Shown in pieces: positions 1 through 10,319 of a DNA stretch of 64,000 nt. The DNA is from the human T2T-CHM13v2.0 reference genome, Homo sapiens: NCBI RefSeq assembly GCF_009914755.1, contig NC_060945.1; one strand, given 5' to 3'. A program made the position numbers and the translations under genes. The notes beneath the pieces are model-generated. The model was given only the letters and a program-made list of their open reading frames with translations, made no database searches and was not told where the DNA came from. Position 1 is the stretch's first letter; each line of letters starts with the position of its first letter.

Positions 1-1519
1 CTGAAGAAAAAATAAACAAAAATGCCCAGGAACCCTTTGGAGAAGGGCAGAGGTGTCTGTGCTGCTGGGCACTGGAGACGGGGGGACAGTGGGGACAGTG
101 GAGGCTCGGGGGCAGGCAGGCGGGCGGGCAGCAGGGAGGACGAGAGAAGCACACAGAGGTCCCGGTGAGCAGGTCAGTGGGATGAAGGGCAGACGAACAA
201 CAGGGAGAACTGAGCACAAACACGAGCTTCTGGATGCCAGCGCTGGGCAGGGCAGAGCCCAGGCCAGCCCCCAGGGTGCTTCCAAGGACACTCAGAAACA
301 CTGTGAGTTGAATTAAAGGCAGACGAGTGTGGGGCGTGATGGGGGCACAGGTGATTGAAAATACATGATACAGATGAATGCTCCCCAGATCAGCAGGGAG
401 GAAAGCGAGTCCCAACAGAGTCAGGAGACACACAGGGGCCACTCAGTCCACAGCAGGCCGGCCGGCCTCACTCTGGTTAAGGAAAGGCTGGGAGCCCAGC
501 CGGCCCGTCAGGGGCTCAGGGAGGGTGGGGAGGCCACTCCACCATCCTGACGGGGAGGAAGCCCGCATGCCGGCCTGCAGGATACCTGCAATATTGACAG
601 AAACCTGCTTTCAAAAGCACGTACTCTCCAACCTGGCCATTCCCCTTCCAGGAATCCACCTGAGAGTCATTATTAGAATTTGGAAACAAAAATGTAGGTA
701 GAAGGGCATTCATCTCAGTGTTTTCCTCGTGTAAGAAAAATGGAAATGGTGACTTTACCCATAGACTGGGGATGGGTTGTAAGGCCCACCACTCATGACC
801 GGGAGTGACCACCTGCATCTGTGAGTGACCATCTGCATCTGTGTCTGGCATCAACCCAACACAGACAAGCAGAAAATGCTGGGATTCCCCGTAGCAAACA
901 GCAGTTTTCTGCTTTGCACGCTGCTGCACCGTGTTGGATTTTTTTGCGATGGGCATCAATGACTTTATAACTAAAACCTTTCAGGCGTTGTCCCCCTGGC
1001 TGCAGCAATGGGACAGCACAATGGCAGAGGCCCTGGCCCTTTCCACAGTGCTGGCAGGTCAGTGGGGGGGCCCAAGCAAGATCACGCTGGGCCTTCACGA
1101 GCCAGGGACGGCAAGAGCCCAGTGTGGGCCTCGGGGAGCCTGGAGAAGGCGGCCACACAGGAGCAGAAGGGGCCCCGAGTATGGCAGGGGCGGGAGAGAA
1201 GGGTGGGCCGGGCTGCCCATGCCGGGAGACTGCTGCCTGCATGTGGGGAGGATGGGGAAGTACAGGGCCGGGCACATCCAGGCAGGATGCTGCAGGGGTG
1301 AGGCCACCGACACAGAGGGCCCAATGCAAGGGTCAGGAGGGTGCTCTCAGCTCAAACAGGCTCGTGACCAGCATAAGGCCCAGGGGGATGACCCACGGAG
1401 GGAGGGAGATAGGGCTCGGAGGCCACCCTGGAGGGGAAGCCCAGGAAGGGGAACTGAGCTGGGGCCAAAGTCCTCCCAGCGGGCAGGAAAGAGGGGGCAG
1501 GTCCAGGGAGCAGGACCCT

Positions 1520-2445
1520 GTGAGCACACAGGGTCAGTGTCTGAGTGTGTCAGTGTGTGTGGTCTGAGTATGTGGTGGGAGTGTGTCAATGTGTGGGTGT
1601 CTCCATGTGTGAGCGTGTGTCCATGTGTGAACGTGTGTGTCCATGTGTAAACGTGTGGTGTGTCCATGTGTGAACGTGTGGTGTGTGTCCATGTGTGAGC
1701 ATGTGTTGTGTGTCCGTGTGGTGTGTGTCCATCTGAGCGTGTAGCATGTCTATGTGTGCTGTGTCCATGTGTAAGCATATGGTGTGTTCATGTGAGTGTG
1801 GTGTATCCATCTGTGAGTGTGTGGTGTGTCCATGTGAGTGTGTGGTGTGTCTGTGTGGTGTGTGTCCATGTGTAAGCATATGGTGCATTCATGTGAGTGT
1901 GGTGGGTGTCTGTGAACATGTGGTGTGTCCCTGTGAGTGTGTGTGTGTCCGTGTGTAGTGTGTGTCCATGGGTAAGCATGTAGTGTGTTCATGTGAGTGT
2001 GGTGGGTGTCCGTGTGTGTGGTGTGTGTCCATGTGTAAGTATGTGATGCATTCATGTGAGTGTAGTGGGTGTCCATCTGTGAGCATGTGGTGTGTGTTCG
2101 TGTGTGGTGTGTCTGTGTGGTGTATCCATCTGTGAGCGTGTGGTGTGTTCATGTGAGTGTGCATTGTGTGTCCGTGTGTGTGTGGTGCGTCCATGTGTAG
2201 TGGGTGTCCATGTGTGATATATCCATGTGTGAACATGGTGTGTGTCCGTGTGTGTGGTGTGTTCATGTGCGATATATCCATGTGTGAGTGTGGTGTGTTT
2301 GTCCATGTGTGCACGTGTGGTATGTGTTCATGAGTGTGTGGTGAGTGTCCATCTGTGCGCATGTGGTGTGTGTTCATGAGTGTGTGTGTGTCCATGTGTG
2401 AGCGTGTGGTGTGTGTGTGGTGTGAGTGCCTGGTGTGAGTGTAAG
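1520..2445. repeat. Degenerate (TG)n/(CA)n simple-repeat array in intron 4
   Basis: About 0.9 kb of tgtgtg/ccatgtgtg variants. Confidence 0.95.
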
Positions 2446-2787
2446 CTGAGGATGAACTCACACAGGTGCAAGCTCCCGCTCCTGCCTGGATGGGGTCTCA
2501 GCAGCCCGGGGCCTAGAGGGTGGGGTTGGGAGCAGGGCAAGGCTGTGAGCCCAGCAGGCTTCAGAGAGGAGCGTGGAGGGCCTGGGGGAGCAGCAAGACG
2601 GCACAGGAAGGGACGCCCGAGGTCCCAGGGAGAGGCAAGTGGGGACCCTGGTCAGCTCCAGGTGGCTGGCGGGGCCAGCAGTGGCACAGCCGCTGGGGCG
2701 CAGCAGGAAGGTGGGAGCACCCAGCGAAGCGCGGGGCTTGATCCTGGCGCCTGCCCGCCCCCGGCTTCCCACCCTTCTGGAACTCAC

Positions 2788-2989
2788 GTGGCGATGGGCA
2801 CGAGGAACTGGTAGGAGCCGCGGAACAGCACGAAGGCCGCATAGCACAGCCAGATGCTGCTCGGGTGGCGCGTGTGCGCCAGAAGGAAGACCAGCCCCGC
2901 CTGCGTGGCCGTGACGCCCGCGATGAGCAGCTTGGACCAGCGCGCCCAGCGGATCTTCACGAAGCCCGCGGCGAAGGACGTGATGGCGC
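2788..2989 (-). CDS. SLC19A1: Reduced folate carrier exon 4 (202 nt, c.950-1151); gene continues past the left window edge
   Basis: GAITSFAAGFVKIRWARWSKLLIAG...GSYQFLVPIAT; acceptor ctctcag|GC; donor AC|gtgagt; phase matches exon 3. Confidence 0.98.
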
Positions 2990-3029
2990 CTGAGAGGGGA
3001 GGGATGGGGCGTTGCAGCGGCCCTGGGGG

Positions 3030-3600
3030 GCCACGGGGCAGGGGGAGGTAGCGGGAGCTTCTGAGGAAAGGTATCCACGGGGCAGGGGGCGGGGACGGGG
3101 AGCCTCCGGGGAAGGATCCACGGGGCAGGGGGAGGTGGCAGGGAGCCTCCGGGGGAAGGATCCACGGGGCAGGGGGCGGGGAGGGGGAGCCTCCGGGGGA
3201 AGGATCCACGGGGCAGGGGGAGGTGGCGGGGAGCCTCCGGGGGAAGGATCCACGGGGCAGGGGGAGGTGGCGGGGAGCCTCCGGGGGAAGGATCCACGGG
3301 GCAGGGGGAGGTGGCGGGGAGCCTCCTGGGGAAGGATCCACGGGGCAGGGGGAGGTGGCGGGGAGCCTCCGGGGGAAGGATCCACGGGGCAGGGGGAGGT
3401 GGCGGGGAGCCTCCGGGGGAAGGATCCACGGGGCAGGGGGAGGTGGCGGGGAGCCTCCGGGGGAAGGATCCACGGGGCAGGGGGAGGTGGCGGAGAGCCT
3501 CTGGGGGAAGGTATCCATGGGGCAGGGGGCGGGAGAGGGAGCCTCCGGGGGAAGGATCCACGGGGCAGGCGGAGGTGGACGGGAAGCCTCTGCGGGAAGA
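3030..3600. repeat. 44-bp VNTR (~13 copies) filling intron 3
   Basis: Unit gggaaggatccacggggcagggggaggtggcggggagcctccgg, e.g. at 3241 and 3285. Confidence 0.97.
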
Positions 3601-3626
3601 AGCCTCGGGGACCAGGGCATGCGTAC

Positions 3627-4386
3627 CCAGCAGCGTGGAGGCAGCATCTGCCGCGCCGTTGTAGACCCGCGCACTGTTGGTGGTGGGGTCCACCTCGTTC
3701 CACAGGATGTGCACGTAGTAGACCACCAGGTAGTAGCCGGCCGAGTTGAAGACCCACCAGAGGGACCACAGGCGCAGCTGCGGCCGCCGCAGGCTGTCCC
3801 CCAGCTCCCGCAGCATCCGCGCCAGCACTGAGTCCCCACAGGCCACCCGCAGGGCGTGTCCCAGCTTCCCGCCTGGGCCGGGATTCATGCGCTCCAGCTC
3901 CGAAGCCGAGGTTTCGCACCGCCCCCGGTCGTCGCGGTTGAAGAAGAGGCTGCGCTTGGGGCGCTTCAGGAAGAGGGCGAGGACCACGCTGAAGGTGAGG
4001 AAGGCCAGCGAGATGTAGTTGAGCGTGGAGAAGGAGACTCGGCCCACAGTGACCAGCAGCTGGCCCAGCACGGAGCTGGTGAACACGCCCAGCAGCACCG
4101 CAGCGCGCGAGTAGCCGGCCACACGCTGGTAGCGCGCGGGCCGCACGAGAGAGAAGATGTAGGAGGAATAGGCGATGCGCGCGGCCATGGTGACGCTGTA
4201 GAAGAGCTCCATGAGCTGCATGTGCGCCACCGAGTGGCCCAGCAGCAGCAGCAGCCACACCGACACGAAGCTGAGCCCCTGCAGCAGCAGCACCGGCGTG
4301 TAGCGCAGGTAGTCGGTGAGCAGGAACACGGGCACCAGCACGGCCAGGTAGGAGTACGACAGCACCGGCGTGATCTCGTTCGTGAC
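3627..4386 (-). CDS. SLC19A1: Reduced folate carrier exon 3 (760 nt, c.190-949)
   Basis: VTNEITPVLSYSYLAVLVPVFLLTDYLRY...VYNGAADAASTLL; acceptor ccgcag|GTC; donor CTGG|gtacgc; multiple hydrophobic TM segments. Confidence 0.98.
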
Positions 4387-4423
4387 CTGCGGACAGGCGG
4401 GCGTGCGCCCCACCAGGCGTTAG

Positions 4424-5017
<594 letters not shown>

Positions 5018-6768
5018 TAAACAATATGGAAAACACAGCTGTAACCCATACACATTCACACCAGCACAAGCTCCTTCCATCCTTCCTGGAGAGAGACAAA
5101 AACAGAAGACACAGAAAGGAAGGGCAGGATCAGGGACAGCAGGTTCGTGGGAGGGACTGTTCGTGGGGGAACCCGGCAGGGGAAGAAAGACAGGAAGGGG
5201 AAGAAGGGGAAAGAGAGGAAGTGGGGTAGGGCAGAGGGCCCTGGGCTGCACACTCCCATCTCACACTTGTCCCCAGAGCAAGGTCTTTAAGGCCAGACTC
5301 CAACCCAGGAGCAGGGAGGGGGGCAAACGCCCCTGTAGCCGCCCTGCACCCTCCCAGGAGGGGGAGCACAGGCTGTCAGCCTGCCCACCCCCACCTCCTC
5401 CATCACATGTTATGTGGGAACCCAGCTCCACAGCCTTGGCCACTGAGCTGCTGGTGGACACTCCAGGCCTGGCTTCCATGCCTGTGGCCTCAACACACAT
5501 CCACCTTCCATGGGAACGTGGGCATGGGGCTGGGGGTGCTACCTCCTACAGGACAAGGTCAGAGGACACTGCCCCAGACTACTACAGGCAGGCACCAAAC
5601 GTCCTCAGTTGTCTTGGCAGGGGCCAGGGCTGCTGTGGGCACACCTGGGCACACCTGGGCACAGTCCAGAGGAAGAGGCCCCACCCCTGTGAGGCCAAGC
5701 CGCTTGCCTTGCCCCTCCCTGGGGACTGATGTGGGAGCCACCCTATGCTTGGAGCCTCCCCTGGGGCCCAGGTGCATTTTCAGCAGGTGGCCCCGCCCAC
5801 AGGCCCCACCAGACCCCACCTCAGATCCACTGGAGGTTGGTACCAGATGAGCCAGCAGGGCCCTGCTGGACTCTGGGCCTCCAGCAGGCCCCACCCGACT
5901 CAGGCCTGACCACCAGTAACCCCACAGCCCCACTCGTGCTGCCCCAGGTGACCTCAGCCCCTGCCAGCCACACTTGGCAGGACCAAACCCTGGGTCAGCA
6001 CGTGGGGTGCTGCGCCGAGCCACGCCGCCTCCCCGGGGGCTCTCAGCCTCGTGTCTGGCACACCCAAGATGTGTGGCCCGATGTGCTCAGAGCCCGGCCA
6101 CCGGCTACTGTGAACAGCTGGGCAATAGGACCCTGCAGCCAGGCCGGCATGCTGAGAAGCTTCCCAGGGGCTCAGGGGAAGGCTGCCCAGAGACCCCACC
6201 TCAGGGCACCCTGAGGTCGCACCCTGGAGCCTGCACCCTCATGGAGGCCAGGCTGACCCAAAGGCTGTGGTCCCAGCAGCACCAGGCACCCAAGGTCCCT
6301 CCGGCACTCCGTCCTGCTCAGGACATTCCGGGACACTCTGAGGGCAGGTTATGTGCCAGGAGGCTGAGTGAGCCCGCCGGGTCACAGAGAGCCTCAGGGC
6401 CAGCCATCGGCTTCTGCACTGTGTTTACAGCAATGTCCTGGGGACATCAAACAGCCCCTCTGTGGGCAAGCTCTCCTGGCTGATGGCCTGCTCGACTGGG
6501 GGAGGCTCCTCCTCAGGGCCAGCCCAGGGAACCCCTGCAGATTCCGAAAGAAGCGGCTCAGAGGCAGGGGTCCTCCTAGGACCTCAGGGACCCCCGACCC
6601 CCAGACACAGGAGGCTGCGTGGGGGCATGACAGCCCCAGCCCCTGGCCGGGGCACAGGTCCTGCCCACAGCCCAGAGTCAAAATGGTAGACAGCCAGCAG
6701 AGAGGCTCTCCCCAGACCCCACGGCTCTCTGGAAAAGGGCGGCCAGGGGTCCTAGAAGCCTCACCCAC

Positions 6769-6837
6769 CTCCGAATGAATGGAGCATGCCTCATTTCCTC
6801 TTCCACCAGGAGCTGGCTCTGCAGGCTGGGGCCTCAT
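6769..6837 (-). CDS. SLC19A1: Coding part of an alternative first exon in intron 2 (MRPQPAEPAPGGRGNEACSIHSE), predicted 551-aa isoform lacking TM1
   Basis: ATG at 6837, 23 codons, phase-0 donor GAG|gtgggt compatible with exon 3; peptide matches my recollection of an annotated shorter isoform. Confidence 0.75.
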
Positions 6838-8256
6838 CAGGCACCTCCTGGTCTTAGTTGAGGGTCTGAGCGCAGAGCTCCCCCTTGGCAGCCACCCAGA
6901 GCCCTCCCGCTCCTCTCCCTGCACCTCCTCAACGGCCCCTACTCCCTCTTCCTCAGCCTTGGCAGGCAGACAGCAGGGAGGCTCTGCCCAGAGCTGTGAC
7001 CTGCGTCCCACTTACAAGGCTGCTGGGGGAGGGGCCCTCACAACGGTCCCAGCAGGGAGGTGGCATCTGTCAGGCGGCCACGACTCTGACACGAGGACAG
7101 CCTCCTGCTGCCTGAGCCCAGCGTCGGCCCTGCTCTCCACAGGTCTTGGTTGGGGTCCAGGCTGAATGGGCAGAGTGCAGGCAGCTGCGCCCAAATCTAC
7201 GTCCAGACGGCCTCAGGGCGGCTTCTCTGAACAGGGAGGCGGGAAGGTGGGCAAGGCCCGAAGGCAGGCAGGACGCGAGGGCAGGGCCAGGCGTGGGGCA
7301 GCAGGACTGGATGCCACAGAAGGGCACCCAACAGGGGCTGGCTGGGGACGGGGCATGGGCCGCAGGTCAGGAGGGACTGCTGTGCACAGGGTCCTGGGCC
7401 GGGGGGTCTCCCTGGAGGAGGGCGGGGGCTGCAGCTCCCACCACACAGCACAGTTCCAGCGGGGGCCCAGGCAACCTCAGTGCACCCAGGAGCACCTCAC
7501 GGACTCGGCCGGGGAAAGCGCTCTCAGCTGACACTCAAAGCAGAAACCCTGGAGGGAAATTTGGCCAAATTCAAAATGACTCCAGAGAAACACCGTATGT
7601 AACACACAACCAGTCCAATCCCAAGGGCACGGGGTCCCCAGGAGGCAGAAAAGGGAACCAGGTCCGAGGAGGACAGCAACCACAGGGCTGCCAGGAAACA
7701 CTGGCCCACGGCGGGAGAAATGGCGGCAGAGCAAATGTGAGCAAAGGAAACCACGCTCCTCACAGCGGCCAGACGGCCGGCGCTCAGCAGCCCACCCGAG
7801 CTGGTGAGGGGAACGTGGGCAGCCCGTGGCAGGCTGCAGAGGAAGCAGCATTCGCCCCAGGAGTGAACTGGAAGTGCCAGCCCGGGCCAGCTGGGTCAAG
7901 GCCCACTGCCTGAGGCTGCCGGCTCGTGCTCTACCTGCAGCCATCACCTGCAGTGGGAGAAGCCGGAATCCCCTAATCACCTCCAGCAAAGCAGCAGATA
8001 AGCACCTTGTAGTTCAACCCAGGAGGCGCAGCTTAAGAACAGCCTCGAACCCACGTGGAACGTCTCTCAAGTCAGATTGGGCAGGAGAGCAACTTGCGAA
8101 AGCTGGGTCACAAGACACCACTTACGTGAACTTCCTAGACACAAGCCTGGCAACAACAGGGGCTGGCGAGTCCTGGCAGGCTGGGCCTCCCTTGCCCCCA
8201 AAGCTGCTCCCCGCCCACCTACTGGTGGCTGCCCCTGCACCCCGGCGCCCACGTGC

Positions 8257-8325
8257 CTGCTCCCGCGTGAAGTTCTTGTCGGGCCCCAGGAGGGAGGGCG
8301 TGATGAAGCTCTCCCCGGGCCTCTC
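8257..8325 (-). other. Duplicated fragment of exon 2 (pseudoexon or candidate cassette exon), ERPGESFITPSLLGPDKNFTREQ
   Basis: 62 of the last 65 nt identical to the exon 2 3' end; flanked by tctcagcccctctggctgcag| and |gcacgt; followed by one VNTR-like unit (8201-8256). Confidence 0.9.
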
Positions 8326-9620
8326 CTGCAGCCAGAGGGGCTGAGATCGGGGGCCCCACCAAGTGGCAGGTGCGCAGAGCACCTGCACCCATCGTCCCTC
8401 TGATGATATCCAAGGCCTGGTGGAATGGCTTAATTTCTGGAATCTACTTTTTAATCCGTTAATGTACAACATGAGAGGGCAGGCAGATGGGATTTAAACA
8501 TTTTTGCTCTAGAGACTTTTCTTATTTTGTTATTTTAAGGGAAACGCCACACATAATGCTCACCCCTATAAATAACCTTGGCGGTGGACAGTGGCCCTCC
8601 ACTAAGAGCAGAGATGCCATCTGGTCAGTGGGTGGCAGGGAGAGGGACGGACTGGCCAGGAGCAGAAGGCATTTCATGAGGGGTCAAGGAGATGGCTCCG
8701 CCACTCCAGCCCCAGCCCCGCCACCGACAGCCGGGGCCAGGGCAAGACCCTGTCCTCGCCTAGAAAGTGACCCAGCCTGGCGGTTAGCAGTGCTGGCCGT
8801 GGGACGAGACACAATCACACCGCACGGTGCTCTGAGCTGGGCACGCGGGAAGGGCAGCACCTCCACTGTCCCAATAGCACACTCCTCGGCTGCACATCAG
8901 TTTCACAATTCTAGGGTCTGGGAGGGTTGGGGTCCGGCTTCCGGCCAGGAGACACAGGGAACAAGAGGCATGCCGAGCGTCAGCCATGTGGGAGCAGAGG
9001 ACGGGGTCAGCGGCTGGGATGGGCAGGTGAGCAGGCCCAGGGCCCTGGGATGGGGTGTCGGGGTGACCAGCTGGGCTGGCAGCCTGTGAGAGCGCTTTTC
9101 CAGGCTCTTCCTGTGCAGATGTGCCTTATGGACAAGGACCCCACAGCTCCAGGAGGAAACTGCTTCGGATACGGCCGCTCCCGCCTCCACCGCTCATGTG
9201 ACCTGAGAGACCCGTGACTGGGCATAAGCCTATTAGAACAGTTTCAATAAGACCCTTTGTCCTCATGGCTGAGTAAAATGAAAATTCCTTCAATAATCTC
9301 TTTAGGTAAATAGCCACTAAGTCTCTGTGGAAGGCAGGTGCCCAGCAGGGTTGGACGTGGGCTTCCTCACCAGGAGGGCCGATGAGCACGGCCTGGCGGG
9401 TGGGGTGGGGCAGGCTCTCTCTCTGCAGGACACAATATCACTTTTTATCTAGCCTGGTTACTAGGCCGAAGCCAGGCCCCTCCATCTGATGGTGCCCGCT
9501 GCTGGGAGTGTGAGACCCCAGCCGGGTTCCCTCCGGGACCATATTATCAGCTGACACGGCCACTCACCCGCTCCAGCCTCAAGTGCTCACACATCCAACA
9601 GGAAAAGCGCCCTGGCCCCT

Positions 9621-10130
9621 GAAGCTGCTCCCCGCCCACCCATAGGCGGCCGCCCTGGCACCCAGCACCCACGTGCCTATTCCAGAAGCTGCTCCCCGCC
9701 CACCCACAGGCGGCCGCCCAGCACCCCGGTGCCCACATGCCTATTCCAGAAGCTGCTCCCCGCCCACCCACAGGCGGCCGCCCGGCACCCCGGCACCCAC
9801 GTGCCTATTCCAGAAGCTGCTCCCTGCCCACCCACTGGCGGCCGCCCCCGCATCCCGGCACCCACGTGCCTATTCCAGACGCTGCTCCCCACCCACCCAC
9901 AGGCGGCCGCCCAGCACCCCGGCGCCCACGTGCCTATTCCAGAAGCTGCTCCCCGCCCACCCACAGGCGGCCGCCCTGGCACCCAGCGCCCACGTGCCTA
10001 TTCCAGAAGCTGCTCCCTGCCCACCCACTGGCGGCCGCCCCCGCATCCCGGCGCCCACGTGCCTATTCCAGACGCTGCTCCCCGCCCACCCACCCACAGG
10101 CGGCCGCCCGGCACCCCGGCACCCACATGC
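9621..10130. repeat. 64/65-bp VNTR (~8 copies) abutting the exon 2 donor
   Basis: ctattccaga at 9677, 9741, 9805, 9870, 9934, 9998, 10063. Confidence 0.97.
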
Positions 10131-10319
10131 CTGCTCCCGCGTGAAGTTCTTGTCGGGCCCCAGGAGGTAGGGGGTGATGAAGCTCTCCCCTGGCCGTATC
10201 TGCGCCATGAAGCCGTAGAAGCAAAGGTAGCACACGAGGCGCCGCCAGGACCGGAGCTCGGGGTCAGGCCCAGGTTCCACGGGCACCTGCTTCTCCACCG
10301 CTGGGCTGGAGGGCACCAT
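10131..10319 (-). CDS. SLC19A1: Reduced folate carrier, first coding exon (exon 2 spans 10131-10368 including 49 nt of 5'UTR); codons 1-63
   Basis: Translates MVPSSPAVEKQVPVEPGPDPELRSWRRLVCYLCFYGFMAQIRPGESFITPYLLGPDKNFTREQ; Kozak AGGATGG at 10319; acceptor ccttccag|G at 10368; donor CAG|gcatgt (GC type) after 10131; phase 0. Confidence 0.98.

Noticed and set aside
6769-8325. Both intron-2 alternative segments are exactly 69 nt
   Set aside because: No sequence similarity between them; treated as coincidence
9621-10130. CRISPR-like regular repeats
   Set aside because: No unique spacers, no cas genes, vertebrate context; ordinary VNTR
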